Origin: a virus
Virus record (IMG/VR): IMGVR_UViG_3300045988_042917
Location: 1 to 42,800 of that record
Length of the DNA: 42,800 nt
Direction: 5' to 3' (one strand)
The notes below the pieces were generated by a model. The model was not told where the DNA came from. It saw nothing but the letters and a program-made list of their open reading frames with translations, and searched no databases. Position numbers and translations under genes: made by a program. Of this stretch, positions 13,131 through 23,800 are shown in pieces. Numbering within the stretch: the stretch's first letter is position 1; each line of letters starts with the position of its first letter.

Positions 13131-13841
13131 TTATTTCTCCAACATCGTTTCAATCATTCTTTTGTTATATATCGTCACCCTGAGCATATCCTCCGTCAGG
13201 TCGATCACGCCGTTGCCCTTGCCCTTGATTATGCCGTCCTGCATAAGCTGCCTGACGGTATCGCGGTAAAAGCCCTCCGGCACATCCTCTATCGTTTTCC
13301 ATCTTTCCATTTCTTCATCCTCGCTTTCTGCTGTATATTTCGGCCTGCCGAAGCCGTAGACCGTGCTGCCGAGATACCGGGTAACGCGCTGCACGGCGTT
13401 GCCGTAGTTGCCCTCTATGGTAACGAACGTGTTGCCGCTTACGCTTTCGACAATGCCCGTGTGGCATGGCAGCCCGTCGCGGCTGTCGCGCTGAAAATAC
13501 TGATCGCCGACCTGCGGCTTGGTGAAAAGTCTCGCCTGTGCCGCGTAATACTTCGCCCAGCTCACGCAGCTTGCGCCGTATGGCCCGGTAAGGCACAGAA
13601 CATCCTTTGCCTCGCTCCCGGCAATGCGCCAGAAGCACCACGCTACAAAGCTTGTGCACCATTCATAGCCGTTCTTCGGCGTGTTCCAGAATTTCGCCTT
13701 ATCAAGCTCGGCCTGAAACATCGTGAAGTTGCCTCGTCCGACGTTGTCCTCAAAGCTGTATAAGTCCTTGTCCGATGCCTTTTCCTTATAGCCTATGTAC
13801 TTTGCTGCAAGTGTGAGCACCTGTTTCGGGGTAATGTTCAT
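13131..13841 (-). CDS. Endolysin: an N-terminal CHAP / NlpC-P60-like amidase-peptidase domain and a C-terminal putative wall-binding segment
   Basis: The catalytic pattern is GYEWCTSFVAWCFWRI ... CHTGIVESV ... TIEGNYGN. The ATG at 13841 is preferred (AAAGGACGG upstream). The gene is adjacent to the holin. Confidence 0.8.
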   Translation of the reverse strand: MNITPKQVLTLAAKYIGYKEKASDKDLYSFEDNVGRGNFTMFQAELDKAKFWNTPKNGYEWCTSFVAWCFWRIAGSEAKDVLCLTGPYGASCVSWAKYYAAQARLFTKPQVGDQYFQRDSRDGLPCHTGIVESVSGNTFVTIEGNYGNAVQRVTRYLGSTVYGFGRPKYTAESEDEEMERWKTIEDVPEGFYRDTVRQLMQDGIIKGKGNGVIDLTEDMLRVTIYNKRMIETMLEK

Positions 13842-14083
13842 GGTTGAAAAATCACCGTCCTTTATCATCCCGGTGGGCATTTTTTATTTTACCCATCTCG
13901 CGCCCTACGAGATGTTCTTCAATTTGTGGCGGTTGTAAATCTTCAAGGATAGCTATTCTTTTTTGGGGCTTGTGCTGTCTATCTAAACTGAGCCGCCGCA
14001 GTTTTCTTTTTTCAAGCCGCCTATTTATAAGTCCCCGAACGGCAGGGGGCAGTATTGCAAACGGCATTAATGCCGGTCACAAG

Positions 14084-14524
14084 CTACGCATCCTCCCACG
14101 CGCTCGGCAGCGCCGACGCATCGTATACAACATTATCCTGCAAGCACCTGTGTACCTTGCCGTCTGCGGCCTTGTAGCATTCGCCGGCCATGTACATGCC
14201 GCTCGTTCCGAGAGGGGTTACCCATGCTTTGGCCTTTGCAGGGTCGGTTGTGTGACACAGCCCCCACAGCGCGCGCAGAGTGGACGGTCTGCCGCTGTAG
14301 TTTGCGGCGTTATAGGGCTGGATAAGCTTCCACACCTGACCCTCGTCGGCCACCGGCGTTCCCACGGGACATGCACTGTAGTCCTTCGTCGCGTCGAAAT
14401 CGGGCACGGCGATTTCTGCGGCGATAATTTCAGTGCCGGTCATGGTGTTCGCCTTTGTCCGCAGGGCTGCGGCATCGTCCGCGCCTTTTTCTCTCATCTT
14501 GTTGATTGCTTCATCTTTCGTCAT
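14084..14524 (-). CDS. Tail-fibre-associated protein with CBM5/12-like aromatic motifs (putative carbohydrate binding)
   Basis: WKLIQPYNAANYSGRPSTLRALW and AWVTPLGTSGMYMAGECYKAADGKVHRCLQ...PSAWE resemble chitin-binding-type W...Y..G..Y.C.Q....W motifs. Confidence 0.45.
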   Translation of the reverse strand: MTKDEAINKMREKGADDAAALRTKANTMTGTEIIAAEIAVPDFDATKDYSACPVGTPVADEGQVWKLIQPYNAANYSGRPSTLRALWGLCHTTDPAKAKAWVTPLGTSGMYMAGECYKAADGKVHRCLQDNVVYDASALPSAWEDA

Positions 14525-14871
14525 ATGCTGTTAACCCCCTCTCTGTAGGCTGCGTCGAGTGCCGCCGGAGTTATTGCGTCTGCAATTTCGGCCTTCATAT
14601 CCTGCACCGTACTCGCGCGATCGTTAACTTCAAGCATTCTGCCGGTCTGTAGCCATTCAACGAGATTATTTTCAATTTCCTGCTGCAATCCATCGCGCTG
14701 CTTAACGTGAAAGACATACTCGTCATATTCGTACAGCGGCGCAGCGTTTTCATCATCTGTTGGGGTAATGTCTTTGCTGTTTTCATGCAGTCTGACCTCG
14801 ACATAACCCGGCATAGGCCAGTAGCTTTCAACCGTCACAGCTGCCGGGGAAGTGTTTCCTTGTACTCTCAT
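14521..14871 (-). CDS. Hypothetical tail-associated protein (116 aa)
   Basis: It is an ORF in the fibre operon that overlaps the next gene by 4 nt. Confidence 0.5.
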   Translation of the reverse strand: MRVQGNTSPAAVTVESYWPMPGYVEVRLHENSKDITPTDDENAAPLYEYDEYVFHVKQRDGLQQEIENNLVEWLQTGRMLEVNDRASTVQDMKAEIADAITPAALDAAYREGVNSI

Positions 14872-14885
14872 GATTAGAACCTCCT

Positions 14886-16226
14886 CTACTGCGGTCTATA
14901 TACCATACGTACATAGGCTGTTGTTGAGCTTGTACCACTTTCAAAGAAATCTCCAATGCAGAAAAGGCCGTCAGCCCCTCCCCCATGATAGGTATTAAAC
15001 ATTGGGTACGTCGTATAGGACGGGTTTTTTGGACGATTTATAGCATCACACATATAGGTGCTCTCACTGCCCTGGGCTGTGTTACCATTGTTTTCGGGAA
15101 GCATAATCCAAGGCTTTTCGGGGTCTAAACCGACTTTAACAATATATTTCGAGCCGATACCAGTCGGTATGTCATATGTCAGAGTGTATGTAAACGATGC
15201 GTAGTCGTTGTATTTAGTCGGCGTCGTGTTTATTACATACTGTCTCGCGTTCAGGTGAGTTAAGACGCCTGTAATCTGGTACAACAGCCCGCCCCACAGG
15301 TCCTCTATCCCGCGCCAAACAACGCTGACTTGCCCGTCCGTGCCTGCCGGGATGCCTGTAAGCCCCGGTACTGAGTCGCAGCCGCCGGTGTCTGGTATGT
15401 TATACGTGTCTACAACGCCGCGACCGATTACACTTTGAACATCGTTGTTAGCAAATTCGACCAGAATTAACATCTGCAACGCTGAAAGTGCTGCCAAATC
15501 AAACAGCGACCAGCCAGAGCCTCGCGCGGTTGCTGCTTTATAGAACTCCGGATTGTCTACTCCACCACTCGTGCTTGTAGGTCTGGAAGTCGCGCTCTTA
15601 GAGACATAGCTGTGTGTAGTATTTGACGCGAAAGGTGGGTAAGCTTGTATATAGAAACAATCCGTTGTCTTCCCAGAGATGGTGAAAGTAGGATGTACCT
15701 CAAAGTTTTCAACCGCCTCGTCCGCAATTTTAATGTATTCAATATTGCCCTCCCGGTATCGCCGATACCAGAACTTTGGAATTTTGACCATTACGTCGCC
15801 CGTTGACAAGGTCTGTCGGGCGATACCATTCCAAGGGTAACAGTCATCGAAATCGCTCGAACCAGCTACCGTTCCTTTAGATGCCGTTGCCGTCATGCCT
15901 ACTGCATCATCAGTTCTTGCCCATGCCGGGGACGAGTTCGTAATATCGCGACTAATACCAAATATTCGCAAGATATGCAGCTTTACACTTTTCACCTCTT
16001 TGTCTGCGGTAATAACTACAGTGTCCGAAGTTGTCTTTGCGCCCCTGGTTGCTCTTACAGTCCATGTTCCAGCACGATGAACCTTAAATGAATAGTTGCC
16101 ACTGGTGTCGGGGGCAGTATACACAGTGCCGTCAAGTTCGCATGTGCATGTTGCGCCTTTAGTATAGGTCACCTGAATTATCGCAGCAAACGATGAGCCG
16201 CCGCCTGCGTGATTGATAAGAGGCAT
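14886..16226 (-). CDS. Tail fibre / receptor-binding protein with a C-type-lectin / FGE-sulfatase-like region
   Basis: The ATG at 16226 is preceded by AAGGAGGG and overlaps the upstream stop (TAATG). FEVHPTF...SGWSLFDLAALSALQMLILVEFANNDVQSVIGRG matches a pattern seen in phage fibre lectin-fold domains. The 97 extra N-terminal residues of the track ORF are rejected. Confidence 0.6.
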   Translation of the reverse strand: MPLINHAGGGSSFAAIIQVTYTKGATCTCELDGTVYTAPDTSGNYSFKVHRAGTWTVRATRGAKTTSDTVVITADKEVKSVKLHILRIFGISRDITNSSPAWARTDDAVGMTATASKGTVAGSSDFDDCYPWNGIARQTLSTGDVMVKIPKFWYRRYREGNIEYIKIADEAVENFEVHPTFTISGKTTDCFYIQAYPPFASNTTHSYVSKSATSRPTSTSGGVDNPEFYKAATARGSGWSLFDLAALSALQMLILVEFANNDVQSVIGRGVVDTYNIPDTGGCDSVPGLTGIPAGTDGQVSVVWRGIEDLWGGLLYQITGVLTHLNARQYVINTTPTKYNDYASFTYTLTYDIPTGIGSKYIVKVGLDPEKPWIMLPENNGNTAQGSESTYMCDAINRPKNPSYTTYPMFNTYHGGGADGLFCIGDFFESGTSSTTAYVRMVYRPQ

Positions 16227-17734
16227 TACAAATCCCTCCTTATAATAATGGTTACGGGGATGTCTACAGTCGGCACATCTCCAAGCGCGACGAGCTGAAT
16301 GCTCCCTGTCGCCTGTGTGCCGCCGACGATCATAGCGCCCGACAGCGCCTCCAGCTGCGCCTGTGTTATCCCGCTGTTTTCGCGCGGCAGAAGCTCGACC
16401 GCCGATGTCGCCGTAATGTTCGCGTCGCTGACGGTGTATTTCTTCGCCGTACTCCAGCTCGACGCATACAGCGTGGTGTTCACTTTCGTCGACCGCCCGG
16501 CGGAATACACCTCCCACGTATACCCCGTAGCCGCCGCCGCTGTGCAGTGATAAACAAGCTTTGCCGCCGTGTCGATGTACTCCTGCCCGACAACACCGAC
16601 GGTCGATGTCGTCGGCGGCGTGGATGCGATGATGGTCTGAGGTAGATCATCAAGCGCCGTCTTTACGCCTCCCGAAGTAACCGGGTTTGTGCTGCCTGCC
16701 GTGGGTGCTGTGTCGAATGTCAAAGCGTTCTGCTTGCCGTTCCACGCCGTCCTCTCTGCGGCGGTAATGTGCATGACGGTGTTTTCCGCGTGGGTATTCA
16801 GATTGCCCTGCACGGTCTGTGCCGCGCCCTGTGCGTCCGCTCCGACCATTGCGGCGGTGTAGTCGCCCTGCTTCGGAACAACCGCGCCGCCGCGCCCGTT
16901 GAAGCTCGTAACGCCGCCGCCTGCCGCGCCCTGAGCCGCTTTAGCCCAGTACTTTGCGTTGTCTGTGTCCTCACCCTCGCGCGTTCCTGTGCCGCCGACC
17001 GCCCAGCTCTCGGATAATTTGCCGTTTGCCGCCGCCGATGCCGCTGCCGTTTTTGCTCCGGCCTCGTATTCTGCCGACGCATCCTCGGATAAAGCCGCCG
17101 CCGATGCAGAGCTTGCCGCCGCTGATGCCGAGCCGGAAGCCGATGTTGCCGCGCTTTCTGCCGCCGACTGTGCGCTCTCCGCTTTGCCTTGAGCTGTCTC
17201 GGCCTTGCTCTGCGCCGTTTCCGCCTTGCTCTGTGCAGTCTCGGCCTTGGCCTGTGCCGCCGCCGCTGCCGCCTGTGCGTCCTCAGCCTTGCCCTGAGCC
17301 ACTTCCGCAGCGCCCTGCGCATTCTTTGCCGCCGTTGCCGACTGCGCCGCAGCAGACTGCACCTGCGCCCATATGGGCAGTGTGCCGGTCGATACGTCCT
17401 CATAGCCCTCATAGCCCTTGCGTATCTTGCCGACCGTCGCCCACACCGTGGGTATCGCAACGACGTTTGCGTTGTCCGCGCCGTAAATGCCGACCATAAG
17501 TATCTCGTCGCTTTTTGCAAGGCACTCCTGCGGTATGGAGCAGACATTGTTTTCCCAGTACGAGTCGAGCACGACCTTTGTAACGTCGCCTGCCGTGAAT
17601 ATCGCGGTTCTGCTTATTCCCGAATGCCAATCGGCTGAAAACTCGAATTTTATCTTTGCATTTATCATGCCGCTGGTTAGGGTTTCGTTTTCCGTCACCG
17701 TTGCCAGTGCTTTGCCGATCATGATTGTTGTCAA
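16226..17734 (-). CDS. Tail fibre with an Ala-rich heptad coiled coil (AETAQSK repeats)
   Basis: A TTG at 17734 lies 9 nt after AAGGAGG; the alternative start is ATG 17722. A 21-bp periodic DNA repeat lies at about 17165-17275. KYWA..A and TSGGVKTALD motifs are typical of fibres. Confidence 0.7.
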   Translation of the reverse strand: MTTIMIGKALATVTENETLTSGMINAKIKFEFSADWHSGISRTAIFTAGDVTKVVLDSYWENNVCSIPQECLAKSDEILMVGIYGADNANVVAIPTVWATVGKIRKGYEGYEDVSTGTLPIWAQVQSAAAQSATAAKNAQGAAEVAQGKAEDAQAAAAAAQAKAETAQSKAETAQSKAETAQGKAESAQSAAESAATSASGSASAAASSASAAALSEDASAEYEAGAKTAAASAAANGKLSESWAVGGTGTREGEDTDNAKYWAKAAQGAAGGGVTSFNGRGGAVVPKQGDYTAAMVGADAQGAAQTVQGNLNTHAENTVMHITAAERTAWNGKQNALTFDTAPTAGSTNPVTSGGVKTALDDLPQTIIASTPPTTSTVGVVGQEYIDTAAKLVYHCTAAAATGYTWEVYSAGRSTKVNTTLYASSWSTAKKYTVSDANITATSAVELLPRENSGITQAQLEALSGAMIVGGTQATGSIQLVALGDVPTVDIPVTIIIRRDL

Positions 17735-17817
17735 AAGGCTTTTCCTCCTTTTTTGCTTCTTGATTTCAGCATAACAAAAGGAGGCAGGGCTTATTAAGCC
17801 CCACCTCCGCATGTTTT

Positions 17818-20800
17818 TTAGTTTTCTTTGTCGGGATTGTAATATTCCCGTGCGTGGTCGATTATAGTCTGCATCGGGTTTGCGCTCTTGTATGCCGCCA
17901 TCTCCCATTTTGCAAGCGAATAGTCGTTGTTGACCTCGTACTTTGCAATATGATCGGCGTAGGAATAGACATATTTGAGCATGTACGCCTTTTCGGGGTC
18001 TGCCGCGCCGGAATATGCCGCGCTGTTTATAACGCCCTGCGCAAGCTCGTATGAAGTCTGGCCCTTCGTCGTCGCGTATTTTACATACTCGTCGGCTGTC
18101 AGGTACTCGCCGTTTATCTTGGTGTTCGTCTTTGCACGGCTGGGATATACGCTCGTTTCGCCGAGATCGTAAAGCCGTTCGAGCTCTCCGTCTATCTCCG
18201 TCGGGCGCTCCTTCTTGACGTATGCGGGATTTACAAAGTTGTTGAGCATTCTTTCAAAGAGGTTGCCGGTCTCCTCCGTGCGCCCCCATGCGTCGATGTA
18301 CGGTATCTGGCTGAAATCGTAAAACGGTATCTTGTTTGCGATCTTGCCCCACATGTATTGCAGCTCAGAGCCGACTTTGCTGTTTCGGTCAATGTATGTC
18401 GTCTCGCGCTGAGCTTCCTCAAATGAGCGTTCAGCCTGTCCGAACAGCGTCGGGAAATACTGCGATATGTAGTTTGCCGCCATGCTCGATACGATTTTGA
18501 AAGTACCCTGTCCCTGCTTGATGTACGCGAGGTTATCGAAAAGATCGTTTACGCTTTGCAGCATGGACATTTCAAACATCGGTGTGCTCAGGCTCATGAC
18601 CGAGCTCATGAGGTTCTGCAAAAATCCCTTGTCCTCGTTTTTGCTGCTCAGGGAGTTGAACAGCTCAACGCCGACGAACAGCGGCATACTTTCCGGCGCG
18701 AGCCAGTCAAGCGTAATGCTCATCCCGCCTATGCTCAAGGCGTAATTCTGCTTGCCGCTCAGCTCGTCAAAATAGTTTTGCTTTTCATCATCGTCATCAC
18801 CGCCGCTCAGAACGCCCCATGAGGCCAAAAGTATACCCAGCCCCATAAGTGCCGAGCCCGTAAGCCCTGCCGAAATATCGTCTATAAACTCTGCCGGGCT
18901 CATGCCGTTTTCAATGTCTCCGTTTACATATGCCTTGACCTTTTTGGTGTCCAGCGCAAGGGACTTTATAAGCCCGACCGGCGAGTATTCAACAGCCCGG
19001 GCTAATATGTTGGCCGGGGTTTTCTTAAACGGAAGAACGCCCTCAATGAGCACAGCAGCGACTTTGTTATCCACCTTGCCGAGCCTGCTGACCTGAGCGG
19101 AAAACCAGTTGGTATCGCGGTAAGTGGCTTTCTGCGCTTCCTTGATGGCAATGGTCTGTGCCTTGATTATCGTCTCCTCCGGCACTTTGCCCGTGTTGAG
19201 CTGTTCAGCGCTTATGCCGTTTGCCTTGTACCACTTGGCAAGCGCGTTTGCGTATGCAGGCTTGCAGAACCATGCATCCTCCGCGTCGAGCGCTGCCGAG
19301 TTGCCCTTGCGTGCCGCCTCAAGTATCTTGGTCTTATATATCGTCCTGTGCTTGTCGATGCCCTGAAATGTATCGACATACTTGCCGCCCGAAAGTATGA
19401 CCTCCTGCACAGCCTCATAGTCCGACATTGCGTATTTGACGAGCGCCGCATCCGCCGCATTACTTGAGTTAAGTATTGCCTTGCTTCGCTCTATGCCGCC
19501 GTTTATCTTCGCGTCGGCTATATTCTCAAGGCCGTATGCTATCGTGTTCTTGACGGCTCTGACGGGCACGAAAAATGCGTTGCCTACGATGTTTCGGACA
19601 TGTGTTCTCGGATTGCCCAACATAGCGAGATAGCGGAAGTTATTGAGCTTTTCGTACCACGTCGCATCTATCTGCCGTGCTACGCTCTGCTCTATGTTCG
19701 CCCATGCGGTTTTTATGCCATCCTCGTCGCCCTGTCTGAGCGCCTTGGCATACTCATCGTAAAGGATTTTGTCAACATGTATATCCGCCTTGTTGTCCTT
19801 GTACCGCTCGTTGAGGTCTTCCTCGATGTTCTCTATCGACTTTGCCGCGAGGTACAGTCTGCATTCGGGCGAAAGCTTGTTGAGAATGCGCATAGCCTGC
19901 AAGGACTGCGCCGTGTTCGTGGAGTTTTTGACCATGAGCGATGCAATGTCCATCGCCGTTGCGTAATCTCCGCTGTTGACGGCATTGTTGTAAAGGGCAA
20001 TGCCCATAACGGTATTGTCCTTCGATACTCTGCCGCTGTTTATCTCGGCCTTGTAGTTTGCAAGCGCCTGTTCCCAGCCGTCGATTTCGATAGTACGGTT
20101 AGCCTTTTTAAGCGCTTCCTCGTCGGAGTATGCAATGTGCGAGAACTTACCCAGTGCCGCATCCTCTCTCAGCGCGTCGGAGAACTCAGCCGGTGTCATG
20201 CCGCTGTTGGCTATGGTGGAAACATGCTTGCTCGTGAGCTTGCCGTTCAGATCTTCCTTTGGTATCTCCTGCGGCGCTCTGCGCTGCTGTTCGGCGAGAT
20301 TTGCCTCCTGCTCCTTGCTTATCGGGTGCAGTGCGCTGTCGCCCTCGCCCTGAGCCTCCGTTACCCAGCGTTCGCCCACGGTTTCCTCTCCCGTGAAGTT
20401 TGCGGAAGCTGCGCCCATGCCCTCCGGCAGGTCGTTGCCCAACCGCTCATCAACTCTCGTGAGAATGTTTTGAAGGGCTTTCATTTTGGCGTAGCTTTCG
20501 AGTTTCCTGTGCTCACGCGCATATTGATTGCTGAGTACCGTAAAGCGGTTTTTCGCCTTGGTGGTAGTGTCGTAGTCTGCGCCGCTATCCTCCGCCTCTG
20601 TAAGCGTCTGCTGTGCCGCACTGAGCTTTTCGCGTATGTCCTCGACCTTGCTGTACTGCTTCTTATAGTCGCGTATAAGGCCGCGCTCGTTCTCGTTTGC
20701 GGCATCCTCCGCCGTAGCCTGCGCAAGCTTCCTCTCATTCTGCCGCCTCAGCTCGTTAAGTCTCTCCGGCTCGCGGGAAAATTGCTTGTTGACATTTTTG

Positions 20801-23800
20801 GAAGAACTGCGTATACTATTTTCAGACGCAGAGCTGATGGCCGGTGCGCTCCCTCCCAGCGATTGACTACCGCTGGTGACAGTCCCGACGGTGGTAGGCT
20901 CTGCGTTAGTCATTTCCGGCAGCGCAAAAGCCGTGCCCTCCGGGGTCAGGATACGGTGTACCTTGTAGCGATTGCCCTTAGTTTTCATCACAACCGCCGC
21001 CATATTTCCACGTTTTCCGTTCAGCTCCACCGGGGCTGCGATAGTCAGTGTTTCATAGTCTCTCCCCTTATGGTTGCCGTGCCCACTGATCTCAATGCCG
21101 CGTTTCAACACCATCGGCAGTGCCTGATATGCCGCCGCCTCCGCATCTGTCTGAATGTAATTTAAGCTTCGATTCAGCATCTTCTCGTCGAAATCAATCA
21201 CGCCGATATCAGGGTTATCCACGCGATAGCCTGTTTTTTTCAGGCTGTTTACAATTTTCTTTCGGAACGCTCCGGTACTCATGCCTCTCCAACCGTTGTC
21301 ACGAATTGTGGCGACGGCTTTCATGCTGTTCAATTCTCCCTGATGTTCCCGCAGTTGAGTCTTAACGCTGTCCTGCTCACTCTGACTCATGGCATAGCTG
21401 CTATCCTCCGCAAACACAGTGTTCTCGTCACCGTAGTCTGGCGGTACCATCTTCCGTGTCCAGTCAGACATGCTTCTGCGGTTCGCCGCGTCTCTGGCCT
21501 CGATCTCACCCGCTGTGTTGTAGTAAAGCTCACTCGGTACACTGTTGCCCGGACGGTTCATCTGCGTGTAGTAGTTGTTCAGCAGGTCGTAGTATTCGTT
21601 GATTTTCCCGTCAAGTCCCCGCCGCTCTGCTTCCTCCCACAGCCGGTCATATTCTGTGAGGTCGTCGTCCAGTTCTCCGGCTTGTTCTATTTTGTCCTTC
21701 AGCGCCAGCGCTTCCTCGTTCGCCTTACCCAGCTGGAATTGAATCAGTTTTTCCCTTGCATCTTGGAATCCCTTGCTTTGAATCTTGTCCCCGCTGGTCA
21801 GCTTTTCTTCCCAGTATTCCCGGTTGCTCCCTCGCGTGAAGCCCTCCGCGTTCTGCATGGCGTGCTGAATCTCGTGCACCAGCGTGCTCTCCGGCGCGTT
21901 GCGCAGCTCATTGCTTAGGGTGATAAGGTTTTGAGACGGGCTGTAGCTGCCCATGGTGTTCTTCGGCATGTCAGCAAACTCCACCTTCGTCCGCCGCAGC
22001 TGCGGATACGCCCGGAATAATGCCTCATGGTCGAGAATGTCCTCCAGCGTTGCGTTGCCTCTGTCTACGCGCTCGCTCAGGCGGCCATACTCCCGCCCCC
22101 ACGTTTCATCCATCTGCCGCAGTCGGGTCTCTTCCTCCGCTGTCACCTCGCCGGTCATCCACTTGCGCATCAGCTTCTGATACTCCGCATAGTCAGGATG
22201 ACCCCTGCTAAAGGCAGCGTCGCCGCCGCGATGGTAGGTCATCTCGCTGTCGTCGATCTCAAACCGCCACTTGCCGTCCATGCCCTTGAACCAGCCGGTA
22301 GCCTTGCGGATGCTCTTCATGTCAGCACCTTGCGTCTGCATTTGTTTAGCTCTTTCAAGCTGCTCAAGGTCTGCTGTCCGCGCATGTTTGCCAGCATAGC
22401 TATACTTCACCCCGCCCTTTTTCGGCGGTGCTCTGCCCTTGCTGCCGGTTCTCTCGGCGGCGTATTTGCGCACGGTGTCCTGTGCTTTCCCGTAGCTTTC
22501 GCTGTTTAAGTCCGTGCCCTCGAAGATGTTCATTCTGCCCAGCGCATCGCAGCATATCTCTTCAAAAGCCTCTTCGGCGCTGAGAATGCCGCCGTATTCG
22601 CTGCTGTATATCTCGACAAGCTCGTTTAATTCGTCCTCAGTGAAGTCGTCAAGCAGCATTTCTTTTGCCTCGTTCAAGCTCAGATCGCCGTTTTCAAACG
22701 CCGCATGCCCCATCTCGTGGCGCATTATCTGCTCTGCGGTGTAGTCGGGATGGTCTGCTCTCACCATGACGGTCTTTTTTGCCGTGTCAACAGCGCCCCT
22801 GAACTCGCCGCCTGCATAGCGGATATTACCGCCCACAAAATATGTGACCTTATAGCCGTAGCTCTCCGCGAGCTTGCGGCCTTTTTTCATGTCCTCGGTG
22901 TCCTCTGCGGCATAATAAACGCCCTTCTGCTGCTTGCCCTTGTAGCTTACTTTTTCGCCAGCTTTGATTTGAGCCGCGCCAACGCCGCCTTGTTCTTTTT
23001 GACTTCCTCCGGCGACATTTTCTCCTGTGCCTGTTTCCACTCCGCGTATCTGTACTTCGGTATTCTGACCGTTAATCCGCTCCTCGACGTTGTGTATACG
23101 TACTCCATTATCGTTTACCTCCTGTGTGTTATTGATAGTGACCGGCGCTGCTGTTTCGGTGCTCATTACGCTGTCCGCGCCCATCTGATACGCAATGTTC
23201 GCCTGTGCCGTGCTGAGTACGGGCACTTTGCCGAGCGCGGCCTTGTCCGTGCCCTGCTGCCCCATCTGATAAACAGCATTGAACGCCGTTTCAAACGCCT
23301 GCGGCGCTGTCGGATTGAGATTGTATGTGCGCTCGACCACTTCCGGCGCAACTTCGTACTGCCGCGCCATGCTGTTTATGACAATGGGCTTGCTGTATTC
23401 GTTCGCTGCTGTTCTGCGGATATTATCAACAACGCCGTTACCGGCCATCTGATTTATAGCATCCTGCACAGCGGCATTGCCTATCGCCGCATTTTGCGTA
23501 CTGCTGAGCTTTTGACCGCTCGCTGCAAGCGCTGCTGCCTGTGCCGTGTTATCATCGACGAGTACACCCGACTGTGCAAGCATATCCCGCACCGTCTGTG
23601 TGTCCGTTCCGATAGTCATTAGCCGTTCAAGGTTCTCAGTTTCCTTGTCGCTGAGATTGCGCTTGCCGCGCTGTGTGCTCTGATCAATGATGCTTTTATA
23701 CTTTTCTGCCGTAAGCTGCGCGTCGCCGCCCTGCTCCGTGGCAAGACCGGCATTGACTAACTGGCGCTGATATTCCTCATACGCTCTCTGCTGCGCGTTC

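Noticed and set aside
13852-14067. A 71-aa basic minus-strand ORF between the fibre accessory gene and the endolysin, and the 14-bp palindrome CGGCATTAATGCCG at about 14061-14074.
   Set aside because: The ORF has no RBS and its sequence is low-complexity and Arg/Lys-rich. The region looks like an AT/T-run-rich intergenic spacer that may hold a lysis-gene promoter. The palindrome has no loop and no U-tract, so it is not called as a terminator. It remains possible that the ORF is real.
14886-16517. The possibility of a diversity-generating retroelement targeting the lectin-fold fibre protein, and the 97-aa N-terminal extension of this ORF in the track.
   Set aside because: No reverse transcriptase (YxDD-type) ORF is present anywhere in the window. 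I saw no template/variable repeat pair matching the 3' end of the gene. The extension overlaps the upstream fibre gene, whereas the internal ATG at 16226 has a strong RBS and TAATG coupling.
16798-17547. A 249-aa Arg-rich minus-strand ORF, with a plus-strand Pro-rich ORF at 16954..17499.
   Set aside because: These are alternative frames of the Ala-rich heptad repeat region of the tail fibre gene. The GCN-rich repeats keep other frames open by composition alone.
19600-21165. A 521-aa plus-strand ORF, together with similar long antisense ORFs at 2709..3617, 13844..14548, 22705..23622 and 29986..31509.
   Set aside because: All lie entirely antisense to well-supported minus-strand genes (giant protein, ERF, endolysin/fibre accessory, capsid/scaffold). 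Their products are low-complexity and Arg/Leu/Cys-rich with no recognisable motifs or RBS. Long antisense frames of this kind are typical in moderately GC-rich coding DNA.
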